NCBI RefSeq assembly: GCF_900167395.1
Contig: NZ_FUWK01000042.1
Location: 1-22,929, forward strand
Direction: 5' to 3'
Origin: Nitrosomonas europaea
GTDB taxonomy: Bacteria > Pseudomonadota > Gammaproteobacteria > Burkholderiales > Nitrosomonadaceae
Length of the DNA: 22,929 nucleotides
A program made the position numbers and the translations under genes. Position 1 is the first letter of the stretch. Each line of letters begins with the position of its first letter. Under the pieces are notes generated by a model. The model searched no databases. It saw only the letters and a list, made by a program, of their open reading frames with translations, and had not been told where the DNA came from. This document shows, in pieces, positions 7,145 to 14,811 of this stretch.

Positions 7145-10100
7145 CACTGCCGGAACTGTCGATCAAACGCCATGTACTGGCGTGGATGGTTTCCGGGTTA
7201 CTGGTATTGCTGGGCGTAATCAGTTACCAGCGTATCGGTGTGGACCGCTGGCCATATATCGAATTTCCCATGATTTCGGTAACGACGACTCTGATCGGAG
7301 CCAATCCCGATATCGTCGATGCCAGTATTACCAGCATCATCGAGACGGCAATCAATACCATTCCCGGCATCGAGCATGTGCAATCCAGCTCTTCACCGAG
7401 TGTTTCGGTCACCACCATTACCTTCAGTCTGGACAAGAATATCGATGTTGCCTATAACGAGGTGCAGGCGAATATCAGCCAGGTTCTGCGGCGATTGCCG
7501 GATGATACTGATCCGCCGGTCGTGCGCAAGATCGAAACCAACGCGCAGCCGGTGATGTGGTTGTCACTGCAGGGGGATCGTACCCTGCAGCAGCTCAATC
7601 TGTATGGTTTCAACGTCATCAAGAAAAAACTGGAAACGATCGATGGTGTCGGTGAGGTTCGTCTTGGCGGACGCCGTGATCGCACCATACGTGTCAATAT
7701 CCTGCCCGAGCGCATGGCCTCCTATAATCTGGCTGCCAGTGATGTCATCAGTGCTTTCCGGCGCGAGCACATCCAGTTGCCCGGTGGTTTTCTGGTGGGC
7801 AGGAATACAGAAAGGCTGATCAAGCTCGATCTGGAATTCCATAATTTAAAGGATATGAGTAACCTGATCGTGGCTTATCGTGATGGTGCTCCGATCCGGC
7901 TGAAGGAAATTGCAGAGATCGAAGATGAGCTGGCCGATTATCGCCAGGTGGCACGCTTTAATGGCCAACCTTCGCTGGGAGTGGGAATCGTCAAGGTTTC
8001 GAATGCCAACACAGTGGCCATCATCGAGGAAGTTGAACGCAGGTTGAAAGAAGATATCGTTCCCAGCCTGCCACCCGGAATGCGTATCGGTGTTTCCACC
8101 AGTGATGCGATTTTTATCAAGGAACTGGTGAATTCACTGCAGGAACACCTGATCGAGGGGACGTTACTGGCTGCGCTGATCGTCTGGCTGTTCCTGCGTT
8201 CGGTCCGATCCACACTGATCATTGCGACAGCCATTCCGGTATCGCTGCTGGGAGCGGTTGCGGTGATGTATTTCTCTGGATTCACCTTCAATACCATGAC
8301 ATTGCTGGCATTGCTGTTGCTGATCGGGGTGGTGGTGGATGATGCCATCGTCGTGCTGGAAAGTATTTTCCGGCACATGAGCCGGGATCAGGCCAGGTAT
8401 GGCAAGGTGGATACGGCGGCTGCGTCGGTCAGAGGCAGCCATGAAGTGGTATTTGCCGTGATTGCGGCCACACTGTCACTGGTTTGCATATTTGCACCGG
8501 TCATTTTCATGGATGGCATCATCGGCAAATTTTTCAAATCGTTTGCGGTGGTCGTCACGTTTGGTGTGTTGATTTCCCTGCTGGTTTCCCTGACACTGAC
8601 GCCGATGCTTTGCTCGCGTTATTTGCGAGTCGATCGTAAACACGGGCGCCTCTATCACTGGTTGGATAACGGGTTCAATCGCATGGACCGGATATATGGC
8701 TCGTTGCTCGAGTTTTCCATCCAACATCGCTGGAAGGTCATCCTGATTACTACCCTTACGGTACTGAGCAGCAGTTTCTTTTTTGGCAAGGTGGAAAAGG
8801 AACTCTCCCCGGAGGCCGATGAAGGGGTATTCATGATCACTTTCAGAACACCGCTGGGTTCGAGTATCGACTATACCGATTCCCGTCTCAAGTTGATCGA
8901 AGGTGTATTGACTTCCTATCCTTCGGAAGTGGCCAGTTATCTGGGCATGATCGGAGCCGGGCAGGATGGTCAGGTGAACAGGGGATTCGTCAATGTCCGC
9001 CTGTATGACCGCAATGATCGTACCATGACCCAGAAAATGCTGATTCGCGAACTGAGGGAACGTTTCGACAAAATCCCGGGTGTACGGGCATTTCCTGCGC
9101 CGGTTGCCATCGTGCGCGGCCAGCGTCCGGAGAAATTGCAGTTCAATCTGACCGGCCCCAATCTGCAGGAAGTGGGTCGACTGGCCAAGGAAATGCAGCG
9201 ACGGCTCGGTGAAATACCAGGAATGGGTAAGGTGGATCTGGATCTCGACCTCGATTTGCCGCAACTGGTAGTGGATCTGGATCGGACGCGAGCCGCCAGT
9301 CTCGGTATCTCGGCTACTGATGTCGCCATGGCAATCAATATGTTTACCGGTGGAGTGGATGTGGCCCGGTTCAGTGATGAACCAGGGGATGGGCAACGTT
9401 ACCAGATCAGAATCAAAGGTAAGGAAAACCGGTTCAATCAGCTCGAAGATCTGAAAAAAGTTTATTTGAGAAGCACCGGAAATGAGCTGGTGAGGCTGGA
9501 TACGGTTGCTAAATTCCGTGATAACCTCGGTGCTGCGGTAATCGGGCGATTCGACCTGCAATATGCGGCAATGTTCTATGCCAACCCGGCATTCTCGCTG
9601 GGCAATGCGACCGATATGGTATTCCAGCAGGCCGCCGAATTCATGCCAGTGGGTTATACGGTGAAAATGACCGGGCAGGCAGAAGAGCTGGCCAAAACGA
9701 TGACGAATACGCTGTTCATTTTTACGCTCGCACTGATTCTGCTCTACATGGTACTGGCCAGCCAGTTCAATTCCTTTCTGCAACCACTCATCGTCATGGT
9801 GGCGCAGCCGTTGGCAATCATCGGCGGTATTTTTGCCTTGTGGCTGACGGGGAACTCGCTCAACATATTTTCCATGATCGGTCTGGTGCTGCTCATCGGT
9901 CTGGTGGCAAAAAACTCGATTCTGCTGATCGACTTGACCAATCAACTGCGTGAACAGGGTAAATCTGTGGATGACGCACTGAGAGAAGCCTGTCCGGTTC
10001 GATTGAGACCGGTGTTGATGACTTCACTGACCGTCATTCTGGCGTTGCTGCCTGCAGCGATGGGGTTGGGTGCCGGTGCTGAAACCAATCGTCCGCTTTC

Positions 10101-10227
10101 CATCGCGGTGATCGGCGGCATGATTTCCTCGACATTGCTGACACTGGTGGTGGTGCCTGCGGTTTATTCTCTGGTGATGCAGGCAGTGGATAAATTACAT
10201 CTATCCCGGCACGGATCGGCTGATTGA
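7141..10227 (+). CDS. RND efflux permease, AcrB/AcrD/AcrF (HAE-type) family, 1028 aa
   Basis: Length and 12-TM, two-large-loop layout. The N-terminus fits the family pattern (SIKRHVLAWMVSGLLVLLG). The TM4 motif LLIGVVVDDAIVVLE is of the AcrB type, not the CzcA-type DFG-DGA-VEN. Translationally coupled to the adaptor. Confidence 0.94.
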   Translation: MTLPELSIKRHVLAWMVSGLLVLLGVISYQRIGVDRWPYIEFPMISVTTTLIGANPDIVDASITSIIETAINTIPGIEHVQSSSSPSVSVTTITFSLDKNIDVAYNEVQANISQVLRRLPDDTDPPVVRKIETNAQPVMWLSLQGDRTLQQLNLYGFNVIKKKLETIDGVGEVRLGGRRDRTIRVNILPERMASYNLAASDVISAFRREHIQLPGGFLVGRNTERLIKLDLEFHNLKDMSNLIVAYRDGAPIRLKEIAEIEDELADYRQVARFNGQPSLGVGIVKVSNANTVAIIEEVERRLKEDIVPSLPPGMRIGVSTSDAIFIKELVNSLQEHLIEGTLLAALIVWLFLRSVRSTLIIATAIPVSLLGAVAVMYFSGFTFNTMTLLALLLLIGVVVDDAIVVLESIFRHMSRDQARYGKVDTAAASVRGSHEVVFAVIAATLSLVCIFAPVIFMDGIIGKFFKSFAVVVTFGVLISLLVSLTLTPMLCSRYLRVDRKHGRLYHWLDNGFNRMDRIYGSLLEFSIQHRWKVILITTLTVLSSSFFFGKVEKELSPEADEGVFMITFRTPLGSSIDYTDSRLKLIEGVLTSYPSEVASYLGMIGAGQDGQVNRGFVNVRLYDRNDRTMTQKMLIRELRERFDKIPGVRAFPAPVAIVRGQRPEKLQFNLTGPNLQEVGRLAKEMQRRLGEIPGMGKVDLDLDLDLPQLVVDLDRTRAASLGISATDVAMAINMFTGGVDVARFSDEPGDGQRYQIRIKGKENRFNQLEDLKKVYLRSTGNELVRLDTVAKFRDNLGAAVIGRFDLQYAAMFYANPAFSLGNATDMVFQQAAEFMPVGYTVKMTGQAEELAKTMTNTLFIFTLALILLYMVLASQFNSFLQPLIVMVAQPLAIIGGIFALWLTGNSLNIFSMIGLVLLIGLVAKNSILLIDLTNQLREQGKSVDDALREACPVRLRPVLMTSLTVILALLPAAMGLGAGAETNRPLSIAVIGGMISSTLLTLVVVPAVYSLVMQAVDKLHLSRHGSAD

Positions 10228-10287
10228 TCCGGGCTGTGTAGTTGATCGAGGTACGATTTGTGCCGGGTGAACGGTATTTATCCTGAT

Positions 10288-10338
10288 TTTCTGATCCGTA
10301 CCACGTGTGAGTGATTAACCGGGCACGCGGATCAGAAA
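10288..10338. repeat. 11-bp perfect inverted repeat spanning the yeeD-like stop codon
   Basis: TTTCTGATCCG (10288-10298) and CGGATCAGAAA (10328-10338) with a 29-nt loop that contains the stop at 10315-10317. No T-tract on either strand. Confidence 0.5.
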
Positions 10339-10557
10339 GCGAAACAGCGGTCCGTGTTGTTCTACTGCCAGGCAGTCATAACCTTTGGCGCGCGCATCTT
10401 CAGGGATACCGTTGACTGACTGGGCACAGTCGGTGATGACTTCCAGCACCTGGCCGGCCGTCATATCGGCCAGGGCTTCAAGGGTGGCAATGGCGTTGTA
10501 CGGGCAATGTTCACCCCGCAAATCCAGTGATAAATCCGGTTGATGATTATGATTCAT
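10315..10557 (-). CDS. yeeD: TusA/SirA-fold sulfur-carrier protein, YeeD (TsuB)-like
   Basis: 80 aa. LDLRGEHCPYNAI carries the conserved N-terminal Cys, and a second Cys lies in VITDCAQS, as in YeeD-type proteins. The start overlaps the yeeE-like stop by 4 nt. Confidence 0.82.
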   Translation of the reverse strand: MNHNHQPDLSLDLRGEHCPYNAIATLEALADMTAGQVLEVITDCAQSVNGIPEDARAKGYDCLAVEQHGPLFRFLIRVPG

Positions 10558-11750
10558 CGTGCAAGGCCTTCTCTGACAGCAAAACGTCGGGCATTGAGGT
10601 ATACCAGCAGCATCGCCAGCATCAGGCCGGCCAGACTGAGTAACAGGCCGGTGCCTGCTCCCAGGTACTCCAGCAGATTGATTTTCGGATAAGGCAGAGC
10701 CAGTGTACCGCCCAGCTCATCCCAGAAGATGGCTACCAGCGTGCCACCGATGACGTTGCCGATACCAACTATCCAGAAATGTACCTGGCCTTCCATCGCC
10801 CGGTACATCCAGCCGGTTTCGCAACCACCGGCCAGCACGATACCGATACCGAACAGCAATCCACCAAGGGCTGCATTGGGGCCCATCCAGAAGATTTTGG
10901 GTGTTGCGCCCAGGGCAATTGCGCCGAAGGTACCGAGGCAGGCTACCACCATGCCTAACAGAATACCGTAGGCGATACGGGTGCGCCCGGTAGTCCACAA
11001 ATCACGCGCGGCACTGGTAAAACAGATTTGCCCGCGCTCGATCACCGCGCCGAAAAACACCCCGAACAGTACTGCCAGGCCCAGAACCAGCGATGTCTCA
11101 AAGCGCCAGGCAGCAAAACCCAGCACCAGTACGGCAATCAGCAGACCAAGGCGATTTTGCAGGCGGGCACGTCGCGCCAGGCTGGCAGTATCAGCGAATA
11201 GTGAGCTGGGTGCCGTATCCAGACGCAGTGGTGTGCGCAGAAACGGTAACAGGCAGAGTTTTACGCCAATCCAGGCACCGATTACCGTGGTCAGCATGAA
11301 GGCCCAGGCGTGCAGTGAGAACATCGGAATACCGGTGAAGAAGGCCGCCAGGTTGCAGCCCATCGCCAGGCGTGCGCCAAAGCCGGCGATGATTCCGCCG
11401 ATCAGTCCCTGCGCCAGCCGGCGCCGGCTGGTCGGCCAGCGCAGTTGCACATTGCCAGCCCACAGCGCAGCACATAACGCACCGGCAAACATGCCGATGA
11501 TCATGACGCCATCGATGCGTTCGAGTGGAGAGCCGTTCAGGCCGATCAGTTGAAAATAACTCCATTGCTGCGGGGAGAAGCCGAGCAGCGCGGCAATATG
11601 CCCGCCCCAGCGGGTGAATTCGCCAGTGACAGCCCAGAAAGTACCGGTAATGGCGAAGTAATAAGCGGAAGCCACTCCCAGTGCCAGCAGTGCTGGAATG
11701 GGAGACCAGAAGCGCACCAGATACTGGGCACGAAACTCGGCAAGGGACAT
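10554..11750 (-). CDS. yeeE: YeeE/YedE family inner-membrane sulfur (thiosulfate) transporter, TsuA-like
   Basis: Polytopic membrane protein with the family's Cys-containing half-helix motifs (LAMGCNLAAFFTG, ERGQICFTSAARD, LAGGCETGWMYRA). I prefer the ATG at 11750 (MSLAEF...), which has GGAG 7 nt upstream, over the ORF-track start at 11786. Confidence 0.85.
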   Translation of the reverse strand: MSLAEFRAQYLVRFWSPIPALLALGVASAYYFAITGTFWAVTGEFTRWGGHIAALLGFSPQQWSYFQLIGLNGSPLERIDGVMIIGMFAGALCAALWAGNVQLRWPTSRRRLAQGLIGGIIAGFGARLAMGCNLAAFFTGIPMFSLHAWAFMLTTVIGAWIGVKLCLLPFLRTPLRLDTAPSSLFADTASLARRARLQNRLGLLIAVLVLGFAAWRFETSLVLGLAVLFGVFFGAVIERGQICFTSAARDLWTTGRTRIAYGILLGMVVACLGTFGAIALGATPKIFWMGPNAALGGLLFGIGIVLAGGCETGWMYRAMEGQVHFWIVGIGNVIGGTLVAIFWDELGGTLALPYPKINLLEYLGAGTGLLLSLAGLMLAMLLVYLNARRFAVREGLAR

Positions 11751-11806
11751 TTTTGAACTCCAATCGTGGGACTGTAAACGCCGCATCAGAACGCGGAATG
11801 ATGATT

Positions 11807-11834
11807 ATTTTAACGGTAACTTGCCGCGTGCGAA
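11807..11834 (-). promoter_or_regulatory. candidate sigma70-type promoter for the yeeE-yeeD pair
   Basis: On the - strand: TTCGCA, a 16-nt spacer, then TAAAAT, about 55 nt upstream of the preferred start. Motif match only. Confidence 0.25.
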
Positions 11835-11987
11835 GCTGTTTATGCTGCCAATGGCTGTTTGAACGGGAACGTGAGATTCAGCGTTCATTCGTACGAATCA
11901 TAGTTGCCAGGCATATTTTTTGTGATTGTTTATGTTTTGATGAAAGCCATTTTGGACAGCAGGAATAGATTGATTGGCAGGATGGCA

Positions 11988-14684
11988 TCAGATACCGTTA
12001 TTTCCCGCCAGGATGGCCGAGATTTCCTGCATACCCAGTTCTGTCAGCTCTTCCTGCTCCAGAGAGCCAAATATCGTGAGCAGGGCGGCCAATGCGCCTG
12101 TCCAGCCGGTCTGGTGACTGGCTCCCAGCCCGGAGCCGTTTTCGCCGTGAAAATATTCATAAAACAGCAGATTGTCCCGCCAGTGGGGATCGATCTGAAA
12201 TTTTTCAGTATTGCCAAAAACCGGGCGCCTGCCCTGTTCATCCGGCAGGAAGATATGGAGTAATCGTCCGGCAATCATTCTGGCAATCCGAAACAGATTG
12301 TATTGTTTGCCCGAACCGGTGGGGCATTCAACTTGGAAATCTTCCCCGTAGTAGGCATACAGTGTCAGCAATGCACGAATGATCAGGATATTGATCGGCA
12401 CCCAGACGGGACCGCGCCAGTTGGAATTGCCTCCAAACATGTTTGAAGTAGATTCACCCGGCTGGTAGTCTGCGGTGAAAGTCTGTCCGTTCCAGTGAAA
12501 CTGGTAAGGATGTTCCAGATGGTATCTGGAAAGTGACCGGATTCCGTAAGGACTCAGAAATTCCTGTTCATCGAGCATTTTCGACAAAATGCGGCGTAGT
12601 TTTTCTTCATCTACGATGGCCAGCAGGCGACGGCCTTCGACTCCGGGTGTGGTCGGACAAAAGATGTGATCAGCCAGGAATTGCCTGCGTCGGACCAGAT
12701 TTTCAAAATGTTCTGCCACCAGTGGCAGTTTGTCCAGTGTGGTTCGTTCGATGACTGTCACGGCACATAAAGGCAGCAGCCCGACCAGCGAGCGTACCTT
12801 GATGCGGGTAGAGTGACCGTCCGGAAAACGCAGAACATTGTAGAAAAAGCCATCCTCGTCGTCCCACATATCCCGATGTTCATCGCTGATATCCTGCATG
12901 GCTGCAGCGGTTGCCATGAAGCGGTTCAAATAGGAAAGCACTCTCTGTTCGTAATCCGGATCATGGAGGCTCAGTTCCAGTGCGATCTGCAGCATATTCT
13001 GCGAGAACAGGGTCATCCAGGCAGTGGCATCCGATTGTTCCAGATGACCACCAGTCGGTAGTTCAACGCTGCGATCGAATACACCGATGTTGTCCAGACC
13101 CAGGAATCCACCTTCATATACATTCTTGTCCGGTTCGCGATGTGTTTCCCACCAGCTGAAATTCCGCTCCAGGCTGGCAAAGGCAGATTTCAGAAATGAC
13201 AGATCGTTCTGGTCATGGTAATCCTGACACACCTGATAAACCATATAGACAGCCCAGGCATGCACTGGCGGATTTACATCACTGAAATTCCACTCGTAGG
13301 CCGGAATCTGCCCGTTCGGGTGCTGGTAGCGGTTTTCCAGGAACAGGCCGAGCTGCTGTTTGGCAAAGGCAGGGTCTATCATTGCCAGCGGCAGAGTGTG
13401 GAAAGCCGTATCCCAAACAGCAAACCATGGATATTCCCATTTATCCGGCATGGAAATGATATCCCGGCATTTCATGTGCGCCCAGCCGGCATTGCGTGCA
13501 TTGTGTCGGGGGTGCTCGTTCAGCCAGCGTTCCACATCGAACTCGTAATATTGTTTGGTCCATATCATGCCGGCCAGTGCCTGCCGCAGAATACGCTGCT
13601 GTTCCTTGTTCAATCTGCCGCCGGACAGGGAGGCGTAAAAATCATCTGCTTCCTTTTTTCGCTGATCGATAAGCGTATCGAAGCCGGCAAAAATTTTGTC
13701 TGTAGCGGGAGCGGAGGATTCAGCGCGGCGCAGGCGCAATCTGAGCACGCGAGTTTCTCCGGGAGGAATATTCAGGGCATAGTCTGCCGCCGCTTTGGTA
13801 CCGTGGTTGGCGGGGTTGATGGCATCTTTCTGGCCGCAGACGATATGATTATTGATACCGTCTTTGGTGTAGGAGCTCGCGTTGTCTGTATGAAAGAGTC
13901 GACAGGTGTTGGTTTCGTTTTCACAGAACAACAGAGTCGGTGCATCCGCGCAATACAGCCGGTAATCTCCCGATTCGTTTTGCTGAGTATGGATGATCCG
14001 GCAATCGTCCTGGTTTTCTTCCTGATACAACGCCGGTTTGGCCAAACCCGGTGCCCACGACCAGGTATTACGAAACCAGAGTGTCGGCAGTATTCGCAAA
14101 TCTGCCGTTTCAGGGCCACGGTTGACAGCACTGATCCGGATCAGAATGTCTTCCGGATCAGCCTTGGCATATTCTACAAAAATATCGAAATACCGGTTTT
14201 CATCGAAAATCCCGGTATCCAGCAACTCGTACTCCGCTTCCTGCCGGGAACGCCGTTCGCTGGTAGTAACCAGATCTTCGTAGGGATAAGCAGCCTGCGG
14301 ATATTTGTAGAGGTATTGCAGATAGCTGTGGGTGGGAGTGGCATCCAGGTAAAAATAATATTCCTTGACGTCTTCACCGTGGTTGCCCTGCAGATTGGTC
14401 ACGCCAAACAGGCGTTCTTTCAGCACCGGATCGCGCCCGTTCCATAATGTCAGTGCGAAACAGAGCAGCTGATGGTCATCGCTGATGCCTGCCAGGCCAT
14501 CTTCCCCCCAGCGGTAAGCACGTGCGCCTGACTGGGAATGAGGAAAGTGGTTCCAGACATCGCCATTGTCGCTGTAATCCTCTCGCACCGTGCCCCATTG
14601 TCGCTCGCTCAGGTAAGGCCCCCATTTCTTCCATGAGGCTTTGCCTTCATCACATTGTCCGAGACGACTGGATTCTTCTGACAT
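11988..14684 (-). CDS. large cytosolic (alpha/alpha)6-barrel glycoside hydrolase, GH63-like / MGH1-like 'glucosidase' family (yeast YMR196W-type), substrate unknown
   Basis: 898 aa with no signal peptide. The N-terminal signature is WKKWGPYLSERQWGTVREDYS. The catalytic-domain style motifs are GGFLGLDNIGVFDRS and LEQSDATAWM. Confidence 0.75.
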   Translation of the reverse strand: MSEESSRLGQCDEGKASWKKWGPYLSERQWGTVREDYSDNGDVWNHFPHSQSGARAYRWGEDGLAGISDDHQLLCFALTLWNGRDPVLKERLFGVTNLQGNHGEDVKEYYFYLDATPTHSYLQYLYKYPQAAYPYEDLVTTSERRSRQEAEYELLDTGIFDENRYFDIFVEYAKADPEDILIRISAVNRGPETADLRILPTLWFRNTWSWAPGLAKPALYQEENQDDCRIIHTQQNESGDYRLYCADAPTLLFCENETNTCRLFHTDNASSYTKDGINNHIVCGQKDAINPANHGTKAAADYALNIPPGETRVLRLRLRRAESSAPATDKIFAGFDTLIDQRKKEADDFYASLSGGRLNKEQQRILRQALAGMIWTKQYYEFDVERWLNEHPRHNARNAGWAHMKCRDIISMPDKWEYPWFAVWDTAFHTLPLAMIDPAFAKQQLGLFLENRYQHPNGQIPAYEWNFSDVNPPVHAWAVYMVYQVCQDYHDQNDLSFLKSAFASLERNFSWWETHREPDKNVYEGGFLGLDNIGVFDRSVELPTGGHLEQSDATAWMTLFSQNMLQIALELSLHDPDYEQRVLSYLNRFMATAAAMQDISDEHRDMWDDEDGFFYNVLRFPDGHSTRIKVRSLVGLLPLCAVTVIERTTLDKLPLVAEHFENLVRRRQFLADHIFCPTTPGVEGRRLLAIVDEEKLRRILSKMLDEQEFLSPYGIRSLSRYHLEHPYQFHWNGQTFTADYQPGESTSNMFGGNSNWRGPVWVPINILIIRALLTLYAYYGEDFQVECPTGSGKQYNLFRIARMIAGRLLHIFLPDEQGRRPVFGNTEKFQIDPHWRDNLLFYEYFHGENGSGLGASHQTGWTGALAALLTIFGSLEQEELTELGMQEISAILAGNNGI

Positions 14685-14811
14685 GGTGCTGTTCCCTTGA
14701 TATCGCTTTATTCGGTTTTTCGACCTCCGCAGCGGATCCGGCAGAAGTTCTGCGGGAAAAGCACCTGCCGGATAAAGACGGGGAGAGAAGATGACCTCCG
14801 GTGGTGGATGT

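Noticed and set aside
8476-9945. 489-aa ORF antisense to the RND permease. The same reasoning covers the other long antisense ORFs: 13215..14447 (+), 21370..22050 (-), 17654..18364 (+), 10981..11553 (+), 1702..2412 (-) and 4592..5236 (-).
   Set aside because: Each lies entirely inside, and opposite to, a gene with strong family motifs. Their translations are low-complexity (rich in R, Q, H and G), lack recognisable motifs and lack an SD. They are typical shadow ORFs of codon-biased genes.
11887-11898. Perfect 12-bp palindrome ATTCGTACGAAT upstream of yeeE, considered as a possible operator.
   Set aside because: About 5-6 perfect 12-bp palindromes are expected by chance in a 23-kb window, and I see no second copy or supporting context.
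14685-14811. Short complementary segments (CCGCAG...CTGCGG, CCGGCAG...CTGCCGG) between the GH57 and GH63-like genes, considered as a possible terminator.
   Set aside because: The stems are only 6-7 bp, they compete with one another, and no T-tract follows on the transcribed (minus) strand. Read-through and co-transcription seem more likely.
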